From Octopus sinensis (Eukaryota), in NCBI RefSeq assembly GCF_006345805.1, contig NC_042999.1, positions 248,001-312,000 of the forward strand: 64,000 nt of DNA. Reading direction: 5' to 3'. Made by a program: the position numbers and the translations under genes. Below are positions 26,843-38,299 of this stretch, in pieces. The stretch's first letter is position 1, and every line of letters starts with the position of its first letter. The notes beneath the pieces are model-generated. The model was not told the origin of the DNA, did not search any database, and worked only from the letters and a program-made list of their open reading frames with translations.

Positions 26843-27590
26843 AAGGCGGTGAGCTGGCAGAAACGTTAGCACGTCGGGCGAAATGCTTAGCCGTATTTCG
26901 TCTGCTGCTACGTTCTGAGTTCAAATTCCGCCGAGGTCGACTTTGCCTTTCATCCTTTCGGGGTCGATTAAATAAGTACCAGTTACGCACTGGGGTCGAT
27001 ATAATCGACTTAATCCGTTTGTCTGTCCTTGTTTGTCCAGTCTGTGTTTAGCCACTTGTGGGTAGTAAAGAAATAGATATATCGTCTGTCTTTACATTCT
27101 GAGTTCAAATTCCGCCGAAGTCGACTTTGCCTTTCATCTTTTCGACGTCGATAAATTAAGTACCGGTTGCGTACTGGGGTCGATCTAATCGACTCCCCCT
27201 CCCCCAAGAAAAAATTTCGGGCTTTGTACCTAGAGTAGAAAAGAATATTTCTAACATTTTACGTTGAGGTCGACTTTGCCTTTTATCCTTTCGGGGTGGA
27301 TAGATTAAGCACCAGCTGCGTTCTGGGGCGATCTAATCGATTGGCCCCCTCCCCCCAAATGTAGGTCCTAGTGGCTAGAGTAAAAAAGAATCTTTAGCAC
27401 ACCGGTGGAAATGCTTAGCGGCATTTCGTTCGTCATTATGTTCTGAGTTCAATTTCCACCGAGATCAACTTTGATTTCATCCTTTCGAGATCGATAAAAA
27501 TGTACCAGTTGAGCACTGGGGTCGATGTAATCGATTTAATCTCCCACCCAAACCTGCTGGCCGTTTGTCAAATTTGAAACCAATATTGGT
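26843..27590 (+). mobile_element. Cluster of SINE family B units (about 4, two tail types)
   Basis: Repeated gtcgactttgcctttcatcc cores. Confidence 0.87.
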
Positions 27591-27689
27591 CTTCACTCGA
27601 GTTACATATAACATGGTTATTCTATATCCCTCTATATATCAATTTATAGTATTCTATATTCGTGTGAGTAGGAGCTTTATTATGTTGGA

Positions 27690-27935
27690 ATGGTGTTCTC
27701 ATCTTGATGGCTGCTTTCACTGAGTTTCGGCTATGAACACTCCAGCCTTCTTCAAGTGTTTGTGGTTCCCTTTAGTGCCTTGCCTGCGATTGAACTTAGA
27801 ACTTCTAAGTTAAAGTACTGCATTAACCAGCGTCTTTATCCACTATGCAAAGCATACAAGACACCTGAAAAACGCTGGAGCCTACACAGCCAAAAAGTAG
27901 AAAAAGCAACAAAGTTAAAGGCTCCACTCTGATAT
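27690..27935. ncRNA. Inverted pair of degenerate Penelope-type hammerhead modules
   Basis: Minus strand cac-TTGAAGA-aggct..agcc-GAAA; plus strand cac-CTGAAAA-acgct..agcc-AAAA; flanks align as an inverted repeat. Confidence 0.55.
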
Positions 27936-28064
27936 ACATAATCAGAAACAAATGAGAGAAAATAATCAGAAAGAAATTAGAGAAATTAAACAGAGAGAGA
28001 ACAATAAAAAAAAAAAACTTTAAGATTTAGCGGTCCAGCATGGCGAAATAATACATCCATAGTT

Positions 28065-28487
28065 GGGATCTTTTCGGTTTGGCCGGCAGTTTTTTAAAAT
28101 AATTTCCACGTAACTAAGCACTTTTAAACTTCGTATACTGGTAGAATGTGTTTATAAAACATATTTTTCTCTTGGCTTTATTGAGAAAATGTTATAGTTT
28201 GTAAGATATTTGCTGTTTTTTTCTTCAATTTCTGCAATTTCAACCGATCAATGACGTCTATTGAGGTGAAAACATTCTGTGCCGTATGAATATGTCCCTC
28301 GTTTAAGAAACAGATTGGGTTTATTTACATTTCTGAAGAAAAAAAAGATACCCTTCCCCCCACCCCTAACCCTAACTAACCCTAAAACAGATTGAAATGC
28401 AATAGATCGATATCAGGGTCATAATTATGGGTGACAATTTCATATGACACCGCTAGAAAAAACTGCCGTTCAAACCGAAAAGATCCC
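28065..28487. mobile_element. MITE with about 31-bp TIRs, 6-bp TSD and internal CCCTAA repeats
   Basis: TIRs gggatcttttcggtttggccggcagtttttt / aaaaaactgccgttcaaaccgaaaagatccc; TSD atagtt on both sides. Confidence 0.9.
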
Positions 28488-29119
28488 ATAGTTGGACTAA
28501 TAAACACGTATCGGGACAATTACCCCCACCCCTAGGACAATGCTCCCCAACCAGTTACTGCAATATTTGTCTTAAGGATAACATATTTTGTGAATGTGCT
28601 CTGTTAAAAATACAAGAAATATTAGAGGCGGACGGATGTTCGACCCAGCAGTGGTCGGCAAGAACGCTAGATGAATTTCTGCCTTTTTAATAGCATGCTC
28701 GCTCAGTCAGCCACGTGCTCGGACGAGAATTCATCGTCACTGACGGAGGTAAAGGTGAATTAAACATTCTCTGATGTAGTGAATAACTTCTCGACTGATT
28801 AAAAATCCCATATAAACAACTGAGTCAGTATTTAATCAAAATCGCCATCTGTATATCATACTGTTATGTCGCACGTTCGGATGCCTCTACTACTCAACTC
28901 GACTCTCTCTACTCTGTTCTAGTCTCCCTTGACGTCTAGACTCCTCCCTCTATATCTACGTATTGGGCTAGCCTACTTCATCGTCTGGGGGCGTCCACAC
29001 AACACATACTTAATGTATGCACATGGTTAATAAAATATTCACCGCAGTATTTGTCCTGAGATAGCAGCAGTCGCATTATCTATAAACCATGTGAAAGCGT
29101 ATGGAAATGGTTGAGGAGT

Positions 29120-29425
29120 GAAGGAGCGTGGCTTCGTGCTTAGAGGTTTCGACTAGCGATCGTAAGGCGTTGAGTTCAATTCCAGACGGCACGTTGTGTC
29201 CTTGAGCAAGATACTTTATTTTTACCTTACTCCAGTCCACTCAGCTAGCAAAAAGAAGCAACCGTGTGACATTGTGTGTCACGCTGAATCACTCAGAGAA
29301 CTACGTTAAGAGAACGCGTGTTTGTAGACTGTTCAGCTTCTTGCTCGTTAATTCCATGTGCAAGCTGTTAAGTCGATCAGATCAACTGGAACCCTCTTCG
29401 TCGTAACCGACAGAGTGCCAGTTAT
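29120..29425 (+). mobile_element. SINE family C (tRNA-like head, V-domain-like gttgtgtccttgagcaag), diverged
   Basis: A/B boxes; similar to 37957 and 40702. Confidence 0.75.
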
Positions 29426-29559
29426 TTCTTTTAATGGTTGATAATTCCTGAGAGAACCAGCGCTGCACATGTAACAAAGCTTGCATTATCATTTCCAAGT
29501 AGAACCCACTCGACGATCCTTCAAAGTTTCTTTCCATCAGGAGAAGAAACATTCTACAT

Positions 29560-29915
29560 ATCACCAAATGTTAAGAATGTGTATGGATATTAATATTGAC
29601 AGGAAGTGTAGCCTGTCTTGGACTTGTGAACGTTGTATCACATTACACTTAGAAGGTTACGCTTTTGAAATCCATGAACAAGAGATAGTTACTAAATACC
29701 TGCTGAAGAAAAGAGACGGTGAATCACTTAAACTCAGAGATGTGACTGAAAATATTGATTATGACACAAATTTGACATCAACTGGAAGTGATATTAAAAG
29801 ATTCGGCGAAATCAATAATAGAATCAACGAGAGAGGCGCTGTAGCACTTAACTCCTCTAGAGACCGAAAATGCAAATCTAACAAGCCTAATACAATTGCT
29901 TGGGACAGAGAAGGA
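29560..29915 (+). mobile_element. Decayed R4/Dong-like LINE fragment
   Basis: HLEGYAFEIHEQEIVTKYL and KCKSNKPNTIAWDREG; the latter overlaps the WDREEK start of the 20351 fragment. Confidence 0.65.
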
Positions 29916-30016
29916 AATTATGTAGTTAGAGAGGTCATCCACCGAGCAATTGCGAACACTTCTTTCGAAATTAGAAAGAAAGGAAATATTTATGGAGAAT
30001 ACTTATGGAATATATA

Positions 30017-30190
30017 GATGCAGGTATAGCTGTGTGGTTAAGAAATACGTTATTTGATTATGTAGTTTTGGGGTTCGGTTCCACTGTGCGGTCATTTGAT
30101 TAATTGAGATAGGTTTTCTACTATTGCCTCACGCTGAACAATGCCTTGTGTATGAACTTTGCAGATGGAAACTGTGTGGAAACCCGTCGG
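30017..30190 (+). mobile_element. Diverged SINE family A head
   Basis: tagctgtgtggt..ggttcggttccactg..gatggaaactgtgtggaaacccgtc. Confidence 0.65.
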
Positions 30191-30301
30191 ATATATACAT
30201 TAGAGTTCTATGTGTTATTCAGATATATGATACATTGGAGATCTGTCTGTCTGTATACCTATCTGTCTGTCTCTCTGACTATCTATCTATCTATTTATCT
30301 T

Positions 30302-30369
<68 letters not shown>

Positions 30370-30370
<1 letters not shown>

Positions 30371-30475
30371 CTATATATAAAACTGATAATGTGAGTCTGT
30401 CTGTGTTTCCCTAAAACTTGAGAACTACACAACCAATTTCATTCAAATTTTACACATGCCTTACTTAAGGTCCGC
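30370..30475 (+). mobile_element. Probable Helitron-like 5' end
   Basis: Starts TCTATATATAAAA, then tctgtctg and caaccaatttcattcaaattttacaca, as in non-autonomous Helitrons; no 3' CTAG hairpin found. Confidence 0.5.
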
Positions 30476-30548
30476 GGAGCTCGCTGTGGGCGCCATTGGG
30501 GCGACTGTACACAGCTACTGGCCCACAGTCGACGCTATGGCGACCAGA

Positions 30549-30730
30549 GTTCGGTTCGGTTCGGTTCGGTTCGGTTCGGTTCGGTTCGGTTCGGTTCGGT
30601 CCGGTCCGGTCCGGTCCGGTCCGGTCCGGTCCGGTCCGGTCCAGTCCGGTCCGGTCCGGTCCCGTCCGGTCCGGTCCGGTCCGGTCCGGTCCGGTCCGGT
30701 CCGGTTCGGTTCGGTTTGGTTCGGTTCGGT
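30549..30730. repeat. GC-rich pentanucleotide satellite (CGGTT)n-(CCGGT)n-(CGGTT)n
   Basis: Seen directly. Confidence 0.97.
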
Positions 30731-30744
30731 AGACAAACAGACAC

Positions 30745-31143
30745 GTATCAGGACAATTATACCTGCCCCTAGGACAATTGTCTCCGACCCCAACTACCCC
30801 CTAGGACAATTACTGCCCTTGGTTAATTACTGACCCTCTAATATATATTTCTTTATTGCCCACAAGGGACTAAACACAGAGAGGACAAACAAGGACAGAC
30901 AAACGGATTAAGTCGATTACATCGACCCCAGTGCGTAACTGGTACTTAATTTATCGACCCCGAAAGGATGAAAGGCAAAGTCGACCTCGGCGGAATTTGA
31001 ACTCGGAACGTATCGACAGACGAAATACAGCTACGCATTTCGCCCGACTTGCTAATGTTTCTGCCAGCAAGAAGTTTTAAATAATCATCTGTTGTCCTTA
31101 GGGAGTCATTGTCCATGGAGTGGGGGTAAATGTCCTAGACTCA
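30745..31143. mobile_element. Non-autonomous DNA element with repeated ggacaa subterminal motifs, interrupted by SINE B
   Basis: caggacaatt/ctaggacaatt on the left, ttgtcc/gggggtaaatgtccta on the right; similar left end at 28505. Confidence 0.5.
30845..31068 (-). mobile_element. SINE family B
   Basis: Family match. Confidence 0.9.
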
Positions 31144-31214
31144 ATAAGCATTAGGACATTTTTAATGTTACAATTACTTTAAATAGTAATTTCGAAAAAA
31201 ACTGGGGTTTTCGT

Positions 31215-31555
31215 ACGCAGACGTGGCTAAGAAGCTTTCTTCTCAACCATATGGTTCCAAGTTCAGTCCCACAGCATGGCACCTTGGGGCAAGTTTCTTT
31301 TACTATAGCCGCGGGTCGACCAAAGCCTTATGAGTGGATTTGGTTGACGGAAACTGAAAGAAGCCCGTCACACACACACATGCACACACATGCTCACACA
31401 TGCATACACGCACACACACATACACAGACATGCAGACACGCACACACACACGCATTAACACACACCCACACACATACACGCGCGCGCAGCTGTGTGGTAA
31501 GATGCATGCTTCCTAACCACATGGTTCCATGTTCAATCCTAGCGTGCGGTACCTT
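31215..31555 (+). mobile_element. Two partial SINE family A heads around a (CA)n tract
   Basis: Family match at 31215-31370 and 31487-31555. Confidence 0.7.
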
Positions 31556-31634
31556 AATTATAAAAAAAAAGGAAATCATTTGTCTATGCTAATATATTTC
31601 ACTTTGTTAAGCTCCCATTTCAGTGTGTAAGATA

Positions 31635-31836
31635 CTCTTTTATTTGTTTCAGTCATTTGACTGTGGCCATGCTGGAGCACCGCCTTTAGTCGAGCAACTC
31701 GACCCCGGGACTTATTCTTTTGTAAGCCCAGTACTTATTCTATCGGTCTCTTTTGCCGAACCGCTAGGTAACGGGGACATAAACACACCAGCATCGGTTG
31801 TCAAGCAATGCTAGAGGGACAAACACAGACGCACAA

Positions 31837-31873
<37 letters not shown>

Positions 31874-32022
31874 CGACAGGCTTCTTTCAGTTTCCGTCTA
31901 CCAAATCCACTCACAAGGCTTTGGTCGGCCCGGGGCTATAGCAAGATGCCACGCAGTGGGAGTGAACCCGGAACCATGTGGGTGGTTAGCAAGCTACTTA
32001 CCACACAGTCACTCCTGCGCCT
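31635..32022 (-). mobile_element. SINE family A
   Basis: Family match. Confidence 0.92.
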
Positions 32023-32467
32023 ATATATAGAAATTTAAATATAATAAAATGTTTTAAAAGAAAGTTATCGTACTTACGTGATAACTATAAACCTACTTTG
32101 GGGCCACCCTGTACAATGCGTTATCGAAAGATGAAAAATATACAATTATTCTCTGAGTATTAAAATCTAACACCTTACCGCTTGTGTCACCTAATTTCTT
32201 CTAAGAAAGCTTTCCTTCATTAGAAATGAATTCCTTTTCTATAAGTACTAAAATAATTTCTGAAGAAAGCTAACTTGTATGCATATATACGTACCTTCAA
32301 AGATGGCGACTGGAATGATCAGATAGATTTTCGGATATAGATAATTACAACTTATATGAAGACAGAGTATTATATAATAGAAAAATTGAACTACTAAATT
32401 TTGGTGAGGTTACATCAAATATATTTATATAAATATCTAAACGTTACAAGTACACTTAAATACATAT

Positions 32468-32524
<57 letters not shown>

Positions 32525-32798
32525 CGTGTGTGTATGTGTGTGTGTATGTGTATGTGTGTGTATGTGTGTCTATCTATGTCTCAGCGTGTGTGTGTGTTTA
32601 TCTTATACAAATAAGTCAAACAGCACCACTCTATACACTCACCACATGTAACAAATTAACTATGTATGTATGCTCAGAAATATTTGTGGAGTTGAAATAA
32701 TCCTATAGAAAAGAAATATCAAACTGCGAATAACTTTAAATTCAATCACGACCAAAATCTGCCGCAACTTCTAAAGAATATAATCGTCTGCTTCAAAT

Positions 32799-32873
<75 letters not shown>

Positions 32874-32874
32874 C

Positions 32875-32910
<36 letters not shown>
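32799..32910. repeat. (TATC)n microsatellite
   Basis: Seen directly. Confidence 0.97.
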
Positions 32911-33539
32911 GGAATGTATGTATGTATCTGTGTTGCTAGGACATATATATGTAAACGGACAATTTACAGGAAAAACAAGCATGATATAATTTTCCGTGAG
33001 TCTCAATTGCAACTATAGTCGTAGCAGACAGTAGAGTTATTCCATCAATAAAGAGTTGTATGAGGCGTATTTACAGTATACAATCTGAAACGGAACGTTT
33101 TCGTTTTATGCAACGACTAAAACATCTGTGGAATACCAAGTAGCCAGGTCTAGACTTAAATCCCAAACACCTTAACGAACAGGCTAAACTAATTATCAAG
33201 TGTAAAATTGATTTATATAAATGAATCTGTCGAAACAACAGACTACTGATATTGCCGTGAATATAACACTGAATAGCAAAACACTCTCCCAACGGTGTGG
33301 CCGTCGGCGACTAAGCAAGCAATGCCTACAAAGCTTGCTTGACAAGGAGGGTGATTTTGCTGACCATCCGGCTGCAAGGCGGATGAAATCTGTTGAGTCA
33401 AGGACAGTCCAACAGTTGGGAATAAGAGACCCTTAACCTTTGTTTTGGTCTCTATCTAAGATAAGGATGTGTCTAATATAACACCTGTAACTTTGTTTGC
33501 ATTCAATGATGTCGAATAGTTTATATTGCACTCTATAAT

Positions 33540-33752
33540 TCTTTTCAACTCCAGGCACAAGGCCCGATATTTTGGGGGACGGGGCCAGTTGATTACATCG
33601 ACCCCAGTGCGTAACTAGTACTTAATTCATCGACCCCGAAAGGATGAAAGGCAAAGTCGACTTCGGCGGAATTTGAACTCAGAACGTAATGCCAGACAAA
33701 ATACGGCTACGCATTTCGCCCGGCGTGCTAACGTCTCTGCCAGCTCGCTGCC
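33540..33752 (-). mobile_element. SINE family B with the alternative tail
   Basis: Family core; tail ggccttgtgcctggagttgaaaagaat. Confidence 0.9.
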
Positions 33753-33769
33753 ATGAAAAATAGTAATAA

Positions 33770-33870
33770 CGATACAATATCAAGCAGTGGCTCTCATGAC
33801 GTCTGATCTTAGCCGCCTGGAAATCTTATGCACATGTTTTGTACTGATAAAAAATGATGCACTCTATAAT
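33770..33870 (+). mobile_element. Diverged fragment of the (AAT)n-associated 47-kb element
   Basis: cagtggctctcatgacgtctgatctta resembles 47255-47290. Confidence 0.55.
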
Positions 33871-34339
33871 TACTACAACTTTAATGCCAAAAGCGATGTA
33901 GTGTTGCACAGGAGTAATATCCCTGAAGCAAGTAGCCTACCAATGCTTCCTCTTACATTCAATAACAGTTCATCTAAAACTCTAGCTTTGGCTACGCGAA
34001 CAGATAAATAGCAAAAGCTCAAAATTTCTTTGCTAGCCTACGAAGTACTTGAGACGGCAATATAGTATTAAAAATGAAATAGATGTGTCGCTTGACTGCT
34101 GTAGTCAAGCTTCTATAAAAATTTTTACACATTATCTCTCTCTCTCTCTCTCCTCTCTCTCTGTATGCATATGATATGGGTATATATGTGTGTGTGTGTG
34201 TGTGGGGGTGTGTGTGTGTGTGTGTGTGTGCGCGTGTCTATGTAGGGATATATATATATCCCTATATGTCTTGCATCTATTTTCTTTCCTCCACCTCACT
34301 CTGTATTTTGTATCACATCTAAACTATGACTTAACCATC

Positions 34340-34460
34340 ATCTCACACCGTCTCCGATAAAAGGATATAATTAATAAATATCCTAGAAACACTGTAAGAC
34401 CTTCTATCTATAAATGTTCTAATATCTGCACAGCCTTGGTTTTTTTTTATCTCATTAGGC
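34340..34460 (+). ncRNA. Second copy of the CCGAUGA hammerhead-like module, degenerate
   Basis: gtct-CCGATAA-ggatat..atatcc-GAAA-cactg-TA-agac; about 110 bp similar to 18165-18285. Confidence 0.65.
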
Positions 34461-34467
34461 AAAAAAT

Positions 34468-34506
<39 letters not shown>

Positions 34507-34524
34507 GTGTGGTGTGTGTGTGTG

Positions 34525-34555
<31 letters not shown>

Positions 34556-34566
34556 GTGGTTATATA

Positions 34567-34615
<49 letters not shown>

Positions 34616-34771
34616 TGAAATAGAAAGATGAATAATCTTGTTGCAGATTAATCAAAAGTTTAACCGATACCTTGTAGCAAAAATCACAGCAGAAGACAGC
34701 ACGGTTGGAGGTACAACCATATGGTGTTGCAACCGTGCGTTGGGCGGATAATTGAATTTTAATTTATTATG

Positions 34772-34968
34772 GAATTGAAGAAATGGAGTTGAACGAAGAT
34801 TGAACAGAAATCGTTTATTGCATTCTACACGTGTTTCGAAGGGCACAATTTACCAAATTCCGATTGGAATTTCAATCGGAATTTGGTAAATTGTGCCTTT
34901 CGAAACACGTGTAGAATGCAATAAAACGATTTCTGTTCCATCTTCGTTCAACTCCATTTCTTCAATTC
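34772..34968. repeat. 197-bp near-perfect palindrome containing a mirrored hammerhead 3' half
   Basis: Arms of about 95 bp with few mismatches, centre near 34870; GAAA-cacgtg-TA on both strands. Confidence 0.92.
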
Positions 34969-34971
34969 ACT

Positions 34972-35018
<47 letters not shown>

Positions 35019-35042
35019 TATACGGTATGCATATACATATAT

Positions 35043-35837
35043 TGGGTGCGGTGAATAAACTGTCGTCTAAATTACGTAAAAACGAAAATAACAATGACAT
35101 CTCATTTTAACAGACATATTTACCAAAATTTACATATCACCATTGGTTTCCTGCAACTCTTCTGGACGGGTCCTTGTTTAAGTTGGTGAATGCTGCCATA
35201 ATCCTTGCTTTCAGTTCATCTTTGGTATTACCCGGAGTTTTGTTGGTCTCTCGTTCAACTATTCCACGCATAATAATCGAAGGGTTGCAGTTAAATGTGG
35301 GGTTGCGTTAAGGTGGCCAGGTGTTAGGGTTGATGTGGTCGCAGAAATTGTCTGGCAGCCATGACTGGGTTTCTCCTGCTTGTGTGGCATGGTGCAGAGT
35401 CCTGTTGCCAGACATAGGGTCTTCCAGCAGTTATCCTCTTGATCCAAGTCAGCACTACCGCCTCCAAGCACTTGATGTAGGCCCCCGTGTTGAGTGTGAG
35501 GCCGTGTGGGAAGATGACTGGAGGCATAACATCGCCATCACTAGTGATCACTTCAAACACCTTGATGTTGACTAGATGTTTGATTTTTATAATTTTCGAT
35601 ACATGTCCTCAGATTGACATCCAAACACTCTGAAATGTTTGTATTGGAGCTTCCGGTGCGAATGCCATGCAGTATACCGTTTCCAAATTTCTGGCAGAGT
35701 GATTTGCATCATGGTGTTGTTTTTCTTTACAGACAGCGCCCAACTGACCTATACTGTGTAGTCGACAAATTAAAAATCAAACAATGCGCATGCGTGAAAT
35801 TGAGACATTAAATGGCAAGTTTACCCATCGCATCCTG
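35043..35837 (-). mobile_element. Internally deleted DD37D (maT) Tc1/mariner transposon
   Basis: VITSDGDVMPPVIFPHGL...RPYVWQQDSAPCH; degenerate cagggtgc-type TIRs; same family as 51578. Confidence 0.88.
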
Positions 35838-35855
35838 TGTATAGATATATATATA

Positions 35856-35955
35856 NNNNNNNNNNNNNNNNNNNNNNNNNNNNNNNNNNNNNNNNNNNNN
35901 NNNNNNNNNNNNNNNNNNNNNNNNNNNNNNNNNNNNNNNNNNNNNNNNNNNNNNN
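35856..35955. other. Assembly gap (100 N)
   Basis: Run of N. Confidence 1.
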
Positions 35956-35969
35956 TATAATTGGTATGG

Positions 35970-36185
35970 TGTGTATGTTTGTGTTGTGTCAGTGATTTTC
36001 CCCCAACATCACTTGACAACCGATGCTAGTGTGTTTACGTCCCCGTAACCTAGCGGTTCGGCAAAAGAAACCGATAGAATAAGTACTAGGCTTACAAAGA
36101 ATAAGTCCTGGGGTCGAGTAGTTCGACTGAAGGTAGTGCTCTAGCATGGCCGCAGTCAAATGACTGAAACAAAGAAAAGAATGAA
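35970..36185 (+). mobile_element. SINE family A, 3' half
   Basis: Family match. Confidence 0.85.
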
Positions 36186-36459
36186 ATAATAGCTGCTTAG
36201 ATGGCCGCCGTGTGATTAAGCAGTTAGACTTGCAACCACCTAGTTTCTGGTGCAGTTCCACTCGAGTCGTACGTTCGGCAAAAGTATGCTGCCGAAGCCT
36301 CAGGCCGATTAAAGTCTTGTAGACCGACACTGTGTCGAAGCTTACCACTTATAAATGTACATATATATATAAACACAAACACAACCGCACACAGAATATA
36401 CGTACACACACGTATGTAAACAAGTGACAGGTTTGTTCTGTTACCATCTGCGAAATATG

Positions 36460-36503
36460 TAGATATATATATCTATATCTATTCTATGTCTATATCTATA
36501 TCT

Positions 36504-36534
<31 letters not shown>

Positions 36535-36925
36535 TTATATATATATAATATATATATATATATATGTATATTATATACACATATGTATATATATATATAT
36601 ACATATGCGTATATATATATATATGGCATATTATATAGATATGTATATATATATATTATATAGTATGTATATATAAATGATATTATATCTATATATATAT
36701 ACTCTGTATATATATATATTATACATATATGTATAAAATACATCATATGTGCATATATATATACCTATATATACATACATTCATATATATGTATATATAT
36801 ATATATGCACATACATATATGTATGTCTACATAGTTACATGTATGTATGTGTGTGTGCGTCTATGTATCTATGTACACGCACACATACACACGCACGCAC
36901 ATATGTATGTTTATATATATATATG
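36460..36925. repeat. (TA)n-rich microsatellite
   Basis: Seen directly. Confidence 0.93.
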
Positions 36926-37130
36926 TGTGTCTCTGTTCTTGTGTTTGTCCGCCTGAACCGCTTGACAGCCGGTGCTGATGTGTTTTTATTCTCGTAACCT
37001 AGCAGTTGGGCAAAAGAAAATAAAATAACCACAAGACGTAAAACGAAGCAGCGGGATCGATTCCATTCGACTAAACACTTCAAAGCGTTGCTCCAGCATG
37101 GTCGCAGTTCAAAGACTGAAACAAAAGAGA
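36925..37130 (+). mobile_element. Diverged SINE family A, 3' half
   Basis: cttgacagccggtgctg..ctccagcatggtcgcagttcaaagactgaaac. Confidence 0.72.
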
Positions 37131-37505
37131 TAGACGACAACATAAATCTAACGACGAACGTGATTCAGTTTTGGCCTCTTTCGATCCGTGAAGCTGACAT
37201 AGAAGAGGAAATCATGAATTTAAGAGTCGTTTAATGTTTGACATTACGATAGATTCCGTTTGTGCGGTTTCTGTGGTTAATGTGAAGTAAGGAAGTGTAA
37301 AGCAGTGTAAAGAAAGCCATAGGCTACAAAAGCTAGGTGAAAGGTGAGAGCGCAGCTGAAATCTCTGACCAAAGAAGCAACGTTTCATTTCGCTGTACTA
37401 ATATTAGTAATAGTCTTTGCAAAGTTAGCACAACACGCCATCACGTCATGTCAAATGTAGTCGTAGTGGTTGTGTAAAGTTGCTTACTCTTGTACTATCT
37501 TTCCT

Positions 37506-37896
37506 CTTTACTCTTTTACTTGTTTCAGTCATTTTGACTGCGGCCATGCTGGAGCACCGCTTTTAGTCGAGCAAATCGACCCCAGGACTCATTCTTTGTA
37601 AGCCTAGTACTTATTCTATCGGTCAATTTTGCCGAACCGGTAAGTTACGGGGGCGTAAACACACCACCATCGGTTGTCAAGCGATGTTGGGGGGGACAAA
37701 CACAGGCACACAAACATATATATACATATATACGACGGGCTTCTTTCAGTTTCCGTCTACCAAATCCACTCACAAGGCTTTGGTTGGTTCGAGGCTATAG
37801 TAGAAGACAGTTGCCCAAGGTGCCACGCAGTGGGACAGAACCCGGCACCATGTGGTTGGTAAGCAAGCTACTTACCACACAGTCACTCCTGCGCCT
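37506..37896 (-). mobile_element. SINE family A
   Basis: Family match. Confidence 0.92.
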
Positions 37897-37956
37897 AGAT
37901 AGTATGTAGTAGATTGTGTATAGACTTGTTTTACTTTTATGTTGCCAGTATTGAAG

Positions 37957-38275
37957 GTCCGTGGCTTAGTTGTTAAAGATATTCGGCTCACCATCGGAGG
38001 GTCGTGAGATCAATTCCCTGAGGTGTATTGTTGTCCTTGACCATGATACTTTATTTTATGTTGCTCCGGTCCACTGAGCGGGCAGAAATGAATAGTATCT
38101 GTATTTTGAAAGCCAACCTTATCACATTCTGTTGCACGACGAATCTTACTGAGAACAAACAAACCTCAAGGGAACGCGTGTCTGTGGAGTCCTCGACCAC
38201 TTGCAAGTAAATTCCGTGAGCAGGCTGTACCGCTGATCATTTAAACTGAAACCACATACGTTGTTTTAACCGACG
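37957..38275 (+). mobile_element. SINE family C, diverged
   Basis: Similar to 29120. Confidence 0.72.
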
Positions 38276-38299
38276 GGCGGTAAGTATGATTTGTAAAAA

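Noticed and set aside
28364-28386. True telomere or fusion site
   Set aside because: Only about 3 units, internal to a MITE
29481-30017. 178-aa ORF as a host gene
   Set aside because: It contains decayed R4/Dong-like motifs joined to unrelated sequence
33355-33400. CUGACCA-atccg/cggat-GAAA hammerhead-like motif
   Set aside because: G8 mismatch, and stems I and III do not form
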